Source: an uncultured Gemmatimonadales bacterium
GTDB taxonomy: Bacteria; Gemmatimonadota; Gemmatimonadetes; Gemmatimonadales; GWC2-71-9
Assembly: GCA_963795085.1 (NCBI GenBank)
Contig: CAWCFX010000006.1
Span: forward strand, 288,001-352,000
DNA length: 64,000 bases
Direction: 5' to 3'
Shown here: piece by piece, positions 9,573-18,395 of the stretch
How the letters are laid out: each line of letters starts with the position of its first letter
Numbering within the stretch: the first letter of the stretch is position 1
Program-made: the position numbers and the translations under genes
The notes under the pieces: model-generated
The model's database searches: none
What the model was told of the DNA's origin: nothing
Seen by the model: only the letters and a program-made list of their open reading frames with translations

Positions 9573-10330
9573 TGATGCCACTGTATCTTGCCCTGGCGCT
9601 GGCCCAGGTCCCGGCGATGCCGGTACCGGCTTCCGCGCCCCCCGCTTATCCCTTCGCCGTCGGAGAAACATTCGAGTACACCGGCAAGCTGGGGATGCTC
9701 AACCTGGGCACCGCCTCCATGTCGGTGGTCCGGCTGGACACCATTCGCGGGGTCGAGAGCTTCGTGTTCCGCTTTCAGCTCCAGGCCAGCACCATCGTCT
9801 ACAAAATGGACGATGTCATGCACTCCTGGACCGGAACCCAGGACATGATCTCCCGCCGGTTCCACCAGGATTTCGTGGAGGGAGGCAAGGTTCGGCGCCG
9901 CTATTACGAAATTTTCCCCGACTCGGGCTTCTTCCGGGAGCGGGAGCGCAAGGAGCAGGCGCCCACTGCGGCTGAACCGCTGGACGATGCGGCGTTCTTC
10001 TATTTTATCCGCACGCCGCCGCTGGAAGTCGGAAAGACCTACGTCTTCCAGCGCTACTTCAAGAAGGACAAGAACCCCGTCACTATCCGGGTCGTCAAGC
10101 GGGAGGGGTGTGAATTGCCCGACGGCAGCAAGCTGCAATGCCTGGTTCTCCACCCGGTCATCACCGCGGACCGCAATGGCATGTTCGCGCCCCGGGCGGA
10201 CGCCCGGATCTGGCTGACGGACGACAGCCGACGCATCCCGGTCCAGATCCGCTCCAAGCTCGGCTTCGGCACCGTGACGCTCAAGATCAATCGGATGGTG
10301 CTGCCAACCGGATCGGCCCGCGGTAACTGA
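9572..10330 (+). CDS. DUF3108-like exported beta-rich protein
   Basis: Signal peptide, PFAVGETFEY N-terminus, C-terminal IWLTDDSRRIPVQI. Confidence 0.75.
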   Translation: MMPLYLALALAQVPAMPVPASAPPAYPFAVGETFEYTGKLGMLNLGTASMSVVRLDTIRGVESFVFRFQLQASTIVYKMDDVMHSWTGTQDMISRRFHQDFVEGGKVRRRYYEIFPDSGFFRERERKEQAPTAAEPLDDAAFFYFIRTPPLEVGKTYVFQRYFKKDKNPVTIRVVKREGCELPDGSKLQCLVLHPVITADRNGMFAPRADARIWLTDDSRRIPVQIRSKLGFGTVTLKINRMVLPTGSARGN

Positions 10331-10333
10331 CCG

Positions 10334-11299
10334 GTGCCCTACCGCGAGGCGGACCTGAGCCGGCTCACGACCGTTCCCATTGCCGGCCGGGCCAACAAGG
10401 TGAGCGAGCGGTTCCTGGCCGGTATTCCCGGCGAGGACCGCTCGTTTCACGCTTTCCTGGAGAGCCTGCCGGATGTGCTGGCGGCGAGAGACCTCCGCAC
10501 CATCATCAATCACATCGTGGCGGGCCGCCGTCACCAGCGGGGTGTCGTGCTGCTGCTGGGCGGCCATGTCATCAAAGTGGGACTGGGCCCGCTGCTCCTG
10601 GAATGGCTCCGCCGGGGAGTAGTTACCCATGTCGCGATGAACGGGGCCGCGGCCATTCATGACTTTGAACTGGCCGCCTTTGGCGGCACCAGCGAGGACG
10701 TGGCCGAGGGGTTGGCCGACGGGACCTTCGGCATGGCGGAGGAAACCGGCGCGGAGATGAACGCCGCGATCGCCGAGGCCGCGGCGAAGCAGCTGGGAAT
10801 GGGCCAGGGACTGGCGCTGCACCTGGCCCGGCGCAGCGGGAACGCGGGCCCATCGCACTCCCTTCTCCTCGGCTGTCTCGAGCATGACGTTCCGGTCACC
10901 GTGCATCCGGCTATCGGCGCGGAGATCATCCACCAGCACCCCACGTCCGATGGGGCGGCGCTGGGCGCCACCGCCCAGCGGGATTTCCGGCGCCTGGCCG
11001 GCAGCTTGCCACGGCTGGACCAGGGCGGGAGTGCGCTCAACTTTGGCAGTGCGGTCGTCATGCCCGAGGTGTTTCTCAAGGCCCTGACGATCGCCCGCAA
11101 CCTGGACGGGGGAAAGCCTACCCACTTCCTGGCCGCGGACCTGGATATGCAGCGGCACTACCGTCCCCGCGTCAATGTCGTCGAGCGGCCCACCGCGGGG
11201 GGAGGGACCGGCATCCAGCTCACCGGCCACCATGAGTTACTGATCCCGCTCCTGGTCTGGGGCGTGCTCGACCGGCTCGACGCGAACCAATCCTCATAG
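10334..11299 (+). CDS. Deoxyhypusine-synthase-fold (DHS-like) hypothetical protein
   Basis: GGHVIKVGL, AMNGAAAIHD, GSAVVMPEVFLKA, GHHELLIPLL resemble DHS/HSS-fold NAD-binding segments. Confidence 0.6.
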   Translation: MPYREADLSRLTTVPIAGRANKVSERFLAGIPGEDRSFHAFLESLPDVLAARDLRTIINHIVAGRRHQRGVVLLLGGHVIKVGLGPLLLEWLRRGVVTHVAMNGAAAIHDFELAAFGGTSEDVAEGLADGTFGMAEETGAEMNAAIAEAAAKQLGMGQGLALHLARRSGNAGPSHSLLLGCLEHDVPVTVHPAIGAEIIHQHPTSDGAALGATAQRDFRRLAGSLPRLDQGGSALNFGSAVVMPEVFLKALTIARNLDGGKPTHFLAADLDMQRHYRPRVNVVERPTAGGGTGIQLTGHHELLIPLLVWGVLDRLDANQSS

Positions 11300-11308
11300 C
11301 CGGAGGCG

Positions 11309-11761
11309 ATGGAGATGGCGCAGGGGGGATGGATGGCCGTGGCGTGTGCGGGACTGGCATGGTCGCTCGGCGCCTGCGCGGGGCGGCCCTCCCCACTCAC
11401 GACCGGGCCGGCCGGTGCCGATTTCCAGGAGGGCGCCGTGATGGCCGTGGTCACCAGCGCGTTGACCGGAGAGGCGGCGGGGCAACGGAACGACACCCTG
11501 TACGCGCCCGGTCCGCGGATCGTGGTCAATGGACGAGACCAGCCGACCGGCTACCGGTTCGCCGGGGTCGGGGCCGGCGGCCAGGTGGTCGTCACCTACA
11601 GCCAGTTGGAGATTCGAGCCGCCAGCAGTTGGGGCCTCGTGGTTTACCGGTGGGAGTCGCCGGAGGGCGTGACCCAGGAAGGGCAGGCGACTTTCGTCCT
11701 CACCATGGTTGCGCCGGGCCGCTGGCAGATTCAGCACATCCATAGTTCCTCGCCGCAATAA
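11309..11761 (+). CDS. Lipoprotein with NTF2/SnoaL-like domain
   Basis: LGAC lipobox; C-terminal ATFVL...WQIQHIHSS typical of NTF2-like folds; GGAGG SD. Confidence 0.65.
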   Translation: MEMAQGGWMAVACAGLAWSLGACAGRPSPLTTGPAGADFQEGAVMAVVTSALTGEAAGQRNDTLYAPGPRIVVNGRDQPTGYRFAGVGAGGQVVVTYSQLEIRAASSWGLVVYRWESPEGVTQEGQATFVLTMVAPGRWQIQHIHSSSPQ

Positions 11762-11792
11762 AAAACCGGGGCGGCGAACCACCCCGGTTTTC
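11760..11792. terminator. Bidirectional intrinsic terminator
   Basis: AAAAACCGGGG-loop-CCCCGGTTTTT between convergent genes. Confidence 0.8.
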
Positions 11793-11815
11793 ATCCGGTG
11801 GCACGGGCGCCGGAC

Positions 11816-12028
11816 TCAGCCGCCCGTCCTTCCGGTGACCACCTCGCGGATCCGGCCCGCGGTGGCCGGGCTCAGGATCTTGATGACCAGGTAGAAGACG
11901 AAGCCGATCGCAGCCCAGATCAGGAGCTGCACGAGAATGTGCACGGCGAAGCCGAGAATTCCGAAGAGCAGCCTCAGTGCGAAGATGCCCACCACCGCCA
12001 AGATGGCGAACCCGATCAAGCTGCGCAT
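11816..12028 (-). CDS. Small membrane protein (70 aa, 2 TM)
   Basis: AGGAGG SD upstream; two hydrophobic segments. Confidence 0.8.
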   Translation of the reverse strand: MRSLIGFAILAVVGIFALRLLFGILGFAVHILVQLLIWAAIGFVFYLVIKILSPATAGRIREVVTGRTGG

Positions 12029-12063
12029 GCTATTTTCCTCCTGATTGTGAGCGATACCGGGAC

Positions 12064-12090
12064 TACGACCTGACGTTTCAAATAGTTTCG
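12064..12090 (-). promoter_or_regulatory. Candidate ECF (SigW-like) promoter
   Basis: Minus strand CGAAAC-N17-CGTA upstream of the small membrane protein gene. Confidence 0.4.
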
Positions 12091-12101
12091 TAGGATTCTA
12101 A

Positions 12102-13208
12102 TTGACTATCAATTCAGAGGTTATCGTCATCGGAGGCGGAGCGGTTGGGGCCGCTTGTGCCCGCGAACTTGCCCGTTCTGGGCGAGAGGTGCTGGTGCTC
12201 GAACGAGGCACCGACCAGGGCGCGGCATGGCGCGCCGCCGCTGGCATGCTGGCACCGCAGATCGAGGCGGGGGAAGACGACCCGTTATTCGAATTCGGGC
12301 TGGCGGGGCGGGAGCGGTACGGGGAGCTGGCGAATGCGCTCCGGGAAACGACCGGCATCGACATCCAGTTCTGGCAGGAAGGCATCGCCCGGCTGGCGGT
12401 AAGCGAGGGCGAGGTGACGGAGCTCAAGTCGCGGGTGGCGTGGCAGCGGCAGCAGGGCCACCTGTCGGATTGGTTCGACGCCGACGAAGTGAAGTCCCGG
12501 TGGCCCTGGCTCGGCCCCAGCCATGGCGCGCTCTGGGCGGCGCGGGAGGCGGCACTGCATCCGGCGAACCTGGTCGGCGCCCTTCTCAAGGACGCGACCC
12601 TCGCCGGCGCCACCATCCGGACCGAGTCGGTGACCGCCGTTGAGCGGCGCGGTGACCGGGTCACCGGTGTGACCGGCCGGGAGACGCGCTACGGCGCCGA
12701 GCAGGTGGTGATCGCGGCGGGTGCCTGGGCCGCGGGACTGGAAGGATTGCCGCGCCCACTGCCCATCGTTCCGGTCCGGGGGCAGATGGCCTCGTTTCCC
12801 TGGCCCGAGGGCATCGAGCGTGGCATCGTGTATGGCGGGCACACCTACCTGGTGGCCCGGGGCAATGAGGCGGTGGCGGGATCGACCATGGAACACGCCG
12901 GGTTCGACTCCGAGGTAACCGCGTCGGGCCTGGCATCGATCTTCACGGGAGCCGCCGCCCTCTGTCCGGCGCTCGCGGGGCTGGAAGTCACCCGCACCTG
13001 GGCCGGACTCCGCCCGGTGTCCCCCGATGGCCGGCCGATTGTCGGAGCGGAGCCGCTGCTGCCAGGTCTGTGGTACGCCACGGGCCATGGCCGAAACGGG
13101 ATTCTCCTCGCCGCCATTACCGGCCAGCTGGTGAGCCGGCTGGTCAACGGGGAGGAACAGGAAGAGGACCTCCGGGTAATGCGGCCGGATCGCTTCTTCA
13201 ACTGGTAG
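12102..13208 (+). CDS. thiO: Glycine oxidase / D-amino-acid oxidase family FAD enzyme (ThiO-like)
   Basis: VIGGGAVG FAD motif, AAAGML, PVRGQM, WAGLRP, GHGRNGILLA; no other thi genes adjacent. Confidence 0.8.
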   Translation: MTINSEVIVIGGGAVGAACARELARSGREVLVLERGTDQGAAWRAAAGMLAPQIEAGEDDPLFEFGLAGRERYGELANALRETTGIDIQFWQEGIARLAVSEGEVTELKSRVAWQRQQGHLSDWFDADEVKSRWPWLGPSHGALWAAREAALHPANLVGALLKDATLAGATIRTESVTAVERRGDRVTGVTGRETRYGAEQVVIAAGAWAAGLEGLPRPLPIVPVRGQMASFPWPEGIERGIVYGGHTYLVARGNEAVAGSTMEHAGFDSEVTASGLASIFTGAAALCPALAGLEVTRTWAGLRPVSPDGRPIVGAEPLLPGLWYATGHGRNGILLAAITGQLVSRLVNGEEQEEDLRVMRPDRFFNW

Positions 13209-13279
13209 CGGCCTCCGGGTCTATCGGCTTATCTTGACAGCACTCCCACAGACTGGCCTATCCTCGAAATCCCGGACGA

Positions 13280-13492
13280 ATGACGGTTGCCAACAAGATT
13301 CTCCTGCGTCGCTGTGCCACCTGCGAGATCCACTACGAACATGGCGAAGGCGGAACCTGCCTGACCTGCGGCCGGGTCTTCTGTGCCCGCCATCTGTACG
13401 GTCCGGTCGCCCGCCTGTTGCGTTTCCTTCGGAGTCCGCGGCCGGTGTGCGGCGAGTGCCGCCGCTCCGGCCCGGCCCAACCAGCCGCCTAG
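13280..13492 (+). CDS. Small Cys-rich zinc-finger protein (70 aa)
   Basis: CxxC..CxxC..CxxH..CxxC pattern; TTGACA-N19-TATCCT upstream. Confidence 0.65.
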   Translation: MTVANKILLRRCATCEIHYEHGEGGTCLTCGRVFCARHLYGPVARLLRFLRSPRPVCGECRRSGPAQPAA

Positions 13493-13516
13493 GGTTTCTT
13501 TCACGCGCGAGGGCAT

Positions 13517-13915
13517 GTGGTTCCATCGCCGGTCCGGGTTCGCCTGATATCACGGCCGGGCCTTGACCGTTATGCCGGCCCCAGCGGACGAGATCTCCTG
13601 CTGGCCCGCTGGCTTCCCCTCATGGTCCCCCTGGTGCTCCGCGGCATCGCGGCCCTGGGGCTCAAGTTCTCCCCCCTGCTCTACCTGCTGGCCGCCGCTA
13701 CCCTGTTCCTCAGCGCCCGGACCTGGCTCCGAATCGGGAGCGGCCTCTTCCTGCTGGTCCTGCTGCAACTGGCGGCCTCCGGGGTCGCCACGCTGCTCCT
13801 CGCCGTCAATGTTCTCGAGCCACGCGACTGGCTGCTGGTGACGGCGGCGACGGCCCTGATGGCCGGGTATGTGGCCTGGAGCTTCAACCTGCTCGCCAGT
13901 TTCCTGCCCCGGTAA
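13517..13915 (+). CDS. Hypothetical membrane protein
   Basis: About four hydrophobic segments; start uncertain. Confidence 0.55.
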   Translation: MVPSPVRVRLISRPGLDRYAGPSGRDLLLARWLPLMVPLVLRGIAALGLKFSPLLYLLAAATLFLSARTWLRIGSGLFLLVLLQLAASGVATLLLAVNVLEPRDWLLVTAATALMAGYVAWSFNLLASFLPR

Positions 13916-13971
13916 CCCGCCCGCGCTCCTGTACGACCGGCACCGCCCGCCGGATCTCCTCACTTTCCACG

Positions 13972-13997
13972 CAATCCGCTGCTCCCTCCCGCGCGTA
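13972..13997 (+). promoter_or_regulatory. Candidate SigK-like ECF promoter of the DUF4331 operon
   Basis: CAATCC-N16-CGTA about 50 nt upstream of the ATG; the operon ends in an ECF sigma/RskA pair. Confidence 0.5.
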
Positions 13998-14048
13998 CAA
14001 CGGGCGAAGGTTCACGATTCCCCAGTACGCACCGAGGAGAAGAACATC

Positions 14049-14780
14049 ATGCAATGGAGAACCCTTTCGCGGTCGAGGAAATTGACCGCGGTTGCTGCCG
14101 CCCTGGTCCTGGCGGCCGGTACCGCCACCGTGGCCATCGGCTCCGACCACCAGGATATCCCCGAAGTCGAGCTTAATCCCAAGATGGACATGACAGATGT
14201 CTACGCGTTTCCGGGCAGCGGCTCCGACCGGATCACGCTGGTCATGAACAGCCGGGCCTTCCTGACCCCGGCGCAGACGCCGGGCGCGTCGTTCGACCAG
14301 GACCTGCTCTACCAGTTCAAGATCGACAATGACGGCGATGCCGTCGAAGACAAGGTGATCCAGGTGGTCTTTACCGGCACCGGCGCCAACCAGGTGGTGC
14401 GCGTGTACGGCCCCATCGATCCCCCGGTGGCGGGCGCGATGATGAATACGGTGGCCGACCAGGCGCCGACGCTCAGCGGTCCGATCAACACGGTCCTCGG
14501 CTCCGCCGGCGGCATGCAGGTGTTTGCCGGCCCCCGGGACGATCCTTTCTTCATCGACCTGGAAGCGGCGTTCTGCATCCTGCCGGACCGTCGGCCGGTG
14601 ACGGGCCCGCTGTCACAGCCCTGCCAGCTCGGGAGCGGTGCCGCCTTCCGGGCGCCGGGCGCCGCCCAGAACTATGTGGCCGGGTTCAACGTGCTCTCGC
14701 TGGTCATCGAGCTGCCGGAGTCCCGCCTCACCGCGGGCGGCAACGCCAAGGTCGGCATCTGGGGCACCATCAGCCGCTGA
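14049..14780 (+). CDS. DUF4331-family secreted protein
   Basis: Signal peptide, SDHQD, DMTDVYAF, FAGPRDDPFFIDL, GFNVLSLVIE; GAGGAG SD. Confidence 0.85.
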   Translation: MQWRTLSRSRKLTAVAAALVLAAGTATVAIGSDHQDIPEVELNPKMDMTDVYAFPGSGSDRITLVMNSRAFLTPAQTPGASFDQDLLYQFKIDNDGDAVEDKVIQVVFTGTGANQVVRVYGPIDPPVAGAMMNTVADQAPTLSGPINTVLGSAGGMQVFAGPRDDPFFIDLEAAFCILPDRRPVTGPLSQPCQLGSGAAFRAPGAAQNYVAGFNVLSLVIELPESRLTAGGNAKVGIWGTISR

Positions 14781-14833
14781 GTCTATTTCACCGGGCCTCG
14801 GGGCCCGAACCATCTATCAGGGAGTTTGACACC

Positions 14834-15418
14834 ATGCGATTCACTCAATACATCCGCCGGTGGGCCGTGCTGCCGCTCGCCCTGGGCGTTGTCGCCCTGG
14901 CCGGCTGCAGTGACGATGAGAACGACAACGGCGGCAACGGACCCGGCCAGGTCCGCGCCTACAATCAGGTGCAGCGGCTGGGCAACCCGCTCCTCAGCGA
15001 AGTGCTGCTGGCCAAGCGCAGTCACCCGACGCATGCCACGATCGGGCCGGCCAGTGACGCCAGCCTGATCGCGGCCGAAGTGCTGTCGTTCATCACCGGC
15101 CCCGGCAGCGTGGCCAACCGGGATCCCAACTACGCCGCCGTGCTGGGCAGCGTGCTGATTCCGGATATGCTGATCGTGCAAACCGACATGGATCCATCCA
15201 ATGCCGGCTGGCTCACGTGGCTCAACCTGGCGCCGTTCACCAACGGCTACGGCGGCCGGCTGCTGGGCGACGACGTCGTCGACCTGGCCCTGCTGGCGGT
15301 GTTCGGCGATCCGTTCGGCGCCGATCCGGGCAACACCACCCCGAGTCTCACGACCGACAACGTGGCCAACGATTCGCAGTTCCTGACCGTGTTTCCCTAT
15401 GTCGGGACTCCGAACTAA
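14834..15418 (+). CDS. DUF4331-family lipoprotein (C-terminal-type half)
   Basis: LAGC lipobox, QVQRLGNP, GGRLLGDDVVD, FPYVGTP. Confidence 0.8.
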   Translation: MRFTQYIRRWAVLPLALGVVALAGCSDDENDNGGNGPGQVRAYNQVQRLGNPLLSEVLLAKRSHPTHATIGPASDASLIAAEVLSFITGPGSVANRDPNYAAVLGSVLIPDMLIVQTDMDPSNAGWLTWLNLAPFTNGYGGRLLGDDVVDLALLAVFGDPFGADPGNTTPSLTTDNVANDSQFLTVFPYVGTPN

Positions 15419-16601
15419 CTACCGCGCCATCCTGGCTTCGGGCGCCGCGCTGGTCATGGCGGCGACCCTGGCCGGATGCCGTCCCGGGCACGGGGATCCG
15501 GAACCCGGCTTGGCGGGGGACCGGGTCCGCGACCTCGACATCGAATTTTTTGAGGCGCGGGTCGCTCGGGATCCCGAAGGCGCGCTCGACCGGGCCCGGC
15601 TGGGCGGGCTGTACCTGCAGCGATCCCGCGAAACCGGCAGCTTCGACGACCTGGTCCGGGCGGAGGCGATCGCCCGCCAGTCCTTCGGGCTCCGGACCCG
15701 CAAGAACGGGGTCGCCCTCCACGTGCTGGCCTCGTCCCTCCTGGGCCAGCATCGCTACCAGGAAGCCCTCGCCGAGGCCACCGTGCTCACGGCGGACGAT
15801 CCCGGCAACCTGTCGTACCGGGCCCTCCGGGGCGAGATCGAAATGGAGATGGGCCGCTATGCGGCCGCCGAATCCACCTTTGCCGCCCTGGGAGGATGGA
15901 GACGGAACCTGACGGTGGCGCCCCGGCTGGCACGGTGGGAGGAGATCCACGGCAACGTAAACGGCGCTCGGGTCCTGATCGACCAGGCGCGGGCCGATGC
16001 CCTGACCCAGGTCAACATGCCGAAGGAACAGAAAGCGTGGTTCCATCTACGGGTCGGCGATCTCGCGTTTCGGTACGGACGGGCGAAGGATGCGGAACGG
16101 GCCTGGCGAGCCGGTCTCGAACTCGCGCCCACCGACCACCGGCTCCTGTCTGCGCTGGCCCGGCTGGCCCTGTCCCGGCACCAGTGGCGCCGGGCGGCCG
16201 AGTATGGCGAAACCGCCATCGCTCAGTCGCTGGACCCGGCAACCCTCGGCCTGCTGGCCGACGCATATGAGGGCATGGGTGACCGGGCTCGAGCGGACGA
16301 GTACTTCAGGACTATGGAGCTGGTCGCGTTGAGCCAGCCGGGAGCATACCACCGGGCCTGGTCGCTCTTCCTGCTGGATCACGACCGCGAGGTGGCGCGG
16401 GTGCTCGAGAATGTCCAGGCTGAGATGGTGGAGCGATCCGACATCTACGGCTACGACCTCCTGGCCTGGGCCTACCATAAGAATGGCCGCAGCTGCGAGG
16501 CCCGGGACGCGATGGCCCGGGCCCTGGTGTTGGGGACCCGGGAGCCGGCGATCCTGGCGCACGCCGATGCCATTGGAACGGAACCATGCCGGAACTCCTA
16601 G
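15399..16601 (+). CDS. Tetratricopeptide-repeat lipoprotein
   Basis: LAGC lipobox, repeated TPR-like helices. Confidence 0.8.
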   Translation: MSGLRTNYRAILASGAALVMAATLAGCRPGHGDPEPGLAGDRVRDLDIEFFEARVARDPEGALDRARLGGLYLQRSRETGSFDDLVRAEAIARQSFGLRTRKNGVALHVLASSLLGQHRYQEALAEATVLTADDPGNLSYRALRGEIEMEMGRYAAAESTFAALGGWRRNLTVAPRLARWEEIHGNVNGARVLIDQARADALTQVNMPKEQKAWFHLRVGDLAFRYGRAKDAERAWRAGLELAPTDHRLLSALARLALSRHQWRRAAEYGETAIAQSLDPATLGLLADAYEGMGDRARADEYFRTMELVALSQPGAYHRAWSLFLLDHDREVARVLENVQAEMVERSDIYGYDLLAWAYHKNGRSCEARDAMARALVLGTREPAILAHADAIGTEPCRNS

Positions 16602-17185
16602 CCTACGCCGCTCTGGGCTTTCGCCATATCGCCGATCTCGGCGCCGGGGATCACATCCTTTTCCTCCTGGCCCTGGCGGCAGTGTACCGGCTGGCCAGCT
16701 GGCGGTCTGCGGCCTGGGTGATCACCGCCTTTACCGCCGGGCATTCCCTGACGCTGGCGCTGGCGGTCACCGGGGCAGTGGCGTTCCCGACACCGCTCAT
16801 CGAGTTCCTGATTCCCGTCACCATCGTGGTGACCTGCCTGGAGAACCTGCGGGGCCTGCGGCGGGGTGAAACGTCCGGCCGGGTTCCGCTCCGGGCCGGG
16901 CTGGCACTGGCGTTCGGCCTGGTGCATGGAGCCGGGTTCGCGAACTACCTCAAGTCCATGTTCGTGGACCGGGTCGCGGTGCCACTGCTGGGCTTCAACC
17001 TGGGCATCGAAGCGGGACAGTTGGCAATCCTGGTCGTGGCGGGCATCCTCTTCGTCATGGCCGACCGGCTGCTGGGCCAGCTACCGCTTGACCGCCTGCA
17101 TCCGTACCGGATCCGGGTGGCGGCTACCTCGGCCGCAGTGGCGGTGCTGGCGACCCGCATGGCGGTGGAGCGCAGCCTGTGGTAG
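16586..17185 (+). CDS. HupE/UreJ-family membrane protein
   Basis: GFRHI, DHILFL, TAFTAGHSLTL, FGLVHGAGF, FNLGIEAGQ. Confidence 0.88.
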   Translation: MPELLAYAALGFRHIADLGAGDHILFLLALAAVYRLASWRSAAWVITAFTAGHSLTLALAVTGAVAFPTPLIEFLIPVTIVVTCLENLRGLRRGETSGRVPLRAGLALAFGLVHGAGFANYLKSMFVDRVAVPLLGFNLGIEAGQLAILVVAGILFVMADRLLGQLPLDRLHPYRIRVAATSAAVAVLATRMAVERSLW

Positions 17186-17673
17186 TCCGGCGGCGCTCGC
17201 GGCGATGGTGGTGGGCCGGCGGAGCGCTGTTGCTCTCCGCCGCCGCCCCCGCGCCGGCGGTCCACCCCATCCACACCACCCTCACGGAGGTGGTACAACA
17301 GGGCTCGCCGGGAACCGTGACGGTCACCATCCGGGGCTTCGCCGACGACCTGGAGAGCGCGGCCCGGGTGGAGACGCCGTCGGGACCGCTCGACAGCGCG
17401 ATCGTGCGCTACCTCGCGCGCCAGGTCGCCCTGGTGGACGGGCGGGGGCAGCGGTTGTCGTTGCGGCTGACCGGGCGCCGCCAGAACACCGAGGTGCTCT
17501 GGTACACGTTCACCAGTCCCGCTCCCGCGGAGTTGCGGGGCGGGAGCGTCAGCCATCGTGCGTTGACCGAACTCCATACGGACCAGGTCAACCTGGTCCG
17601 CGTGACGATCGGCGGGAAGACCCGGACGCTGCTGTTCGCACCGGGAGACGGGGCCAAGCGGATCGGGGCGTGA
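17179..17673 (+). CDS. DUF6702-like secreted protein
   Basis: Signal peptide followed by HPIHTTLTEV, FADDLE, DQVNLV. Confidence 0.7.
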   Translation: MVVRRRSRRWWWAGGALLLSAAAPAPAVHPIHTTLTEVVQQGSPGTVTVTIRGFADDLESAARVETPSGPLDSAIVRYLARQVALVDGRGQRLSLRLTGRRQNTEVLWYTFTSPAPAELRGGSVSHRALTELHTDQVNLVRVTIGGKTRTLLFAPGDGAKRIGA

Positions 17674-17789
17674 TGGATCCGGTCGCGAGGCAGGCTTGTG
17701 AACTCTCGCCATCAAGGTATAGACTCTTGGCTGCTGCTCGGCTGTTTGAATCTCGCCTCTTGCCTGGAGCTCCTGCCTCCGGATGGTTC

Positions 17790-18395
17790 ATGACCCGGCC
17801 CCCCGAGACTGACGCGCCCGCCTCCGACGCGCATCTTCTCAGCCGCACGGCTGAGGGAGACGAATCCGCGGTGGCTGAGCTGTACGATCGCTATGGCGGA
17901 GTCGTCTATGCGGTGGTATACCGGATCGTGGGCCAGAAGGCGGACGCCGAAGAGGTCGTCATGGAAGCGTTTGCGCAGGTGTGGCGGGACGCGCGGCGAT
18001 TCGAGGGCGCTCGCGGGTCAGCGGCCGCATGGCTCACGATGATCAGCCGCAGCCGGGCGCTTGACCACGTACGCTCACGCGACCGGCGGGAGCGGCTGAA
18101 TACCTCGGCCGCGCGGGAGGCACCGGCCGGATCGCCCACCACGGGGCACTGGGGCGGTGACCCCGGCTACCAGGTCGAGCAGAACGAGCGGCAGCGCCGG
18201 GTAGCCGAGGCACTGGGTGCACTGGCGCCCGCGCAGCGGCAGGCGATCGAGCTGGCATATTTCGAGGGATTGTCCCAGTCGGAGATCGCCGAGCGGCTGA
18301 ACGAACCGCTGGGCACCATCAAGACCCGGGTCAGGCTGGGCATGTTGAAGCTGCGGGACGCGTTGCGACCCTACTACTACGAGCCGGCGGTATGA
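17790..18395 (+). CDS. ECF RNA polymerase sigma factor (SigK-like)
   Basis: AVAELYDRY, DAEEVVMEAF, WL..ISRSRALD, LAYFEGLSQSEIA..LGTIKTR. Confidence 0.92.
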   Translation: MTRPPETDAPASDAHLLSRTAEGDESAVAELYDRYGGVVYAVVYRIVGQKADAEEVVMEAFAQVWRDARRFEGARGSAAAWLTMISRSRALDHVRSRDRRERLNTSAAREAPAGSPTTGHWGGDPGYQVEQNERQRRVAEALGALAPAQRQAIELAYFEGLSQSEIAERLNEPLGTIKTRVRLGMLKLRDALRPYYYEPAV

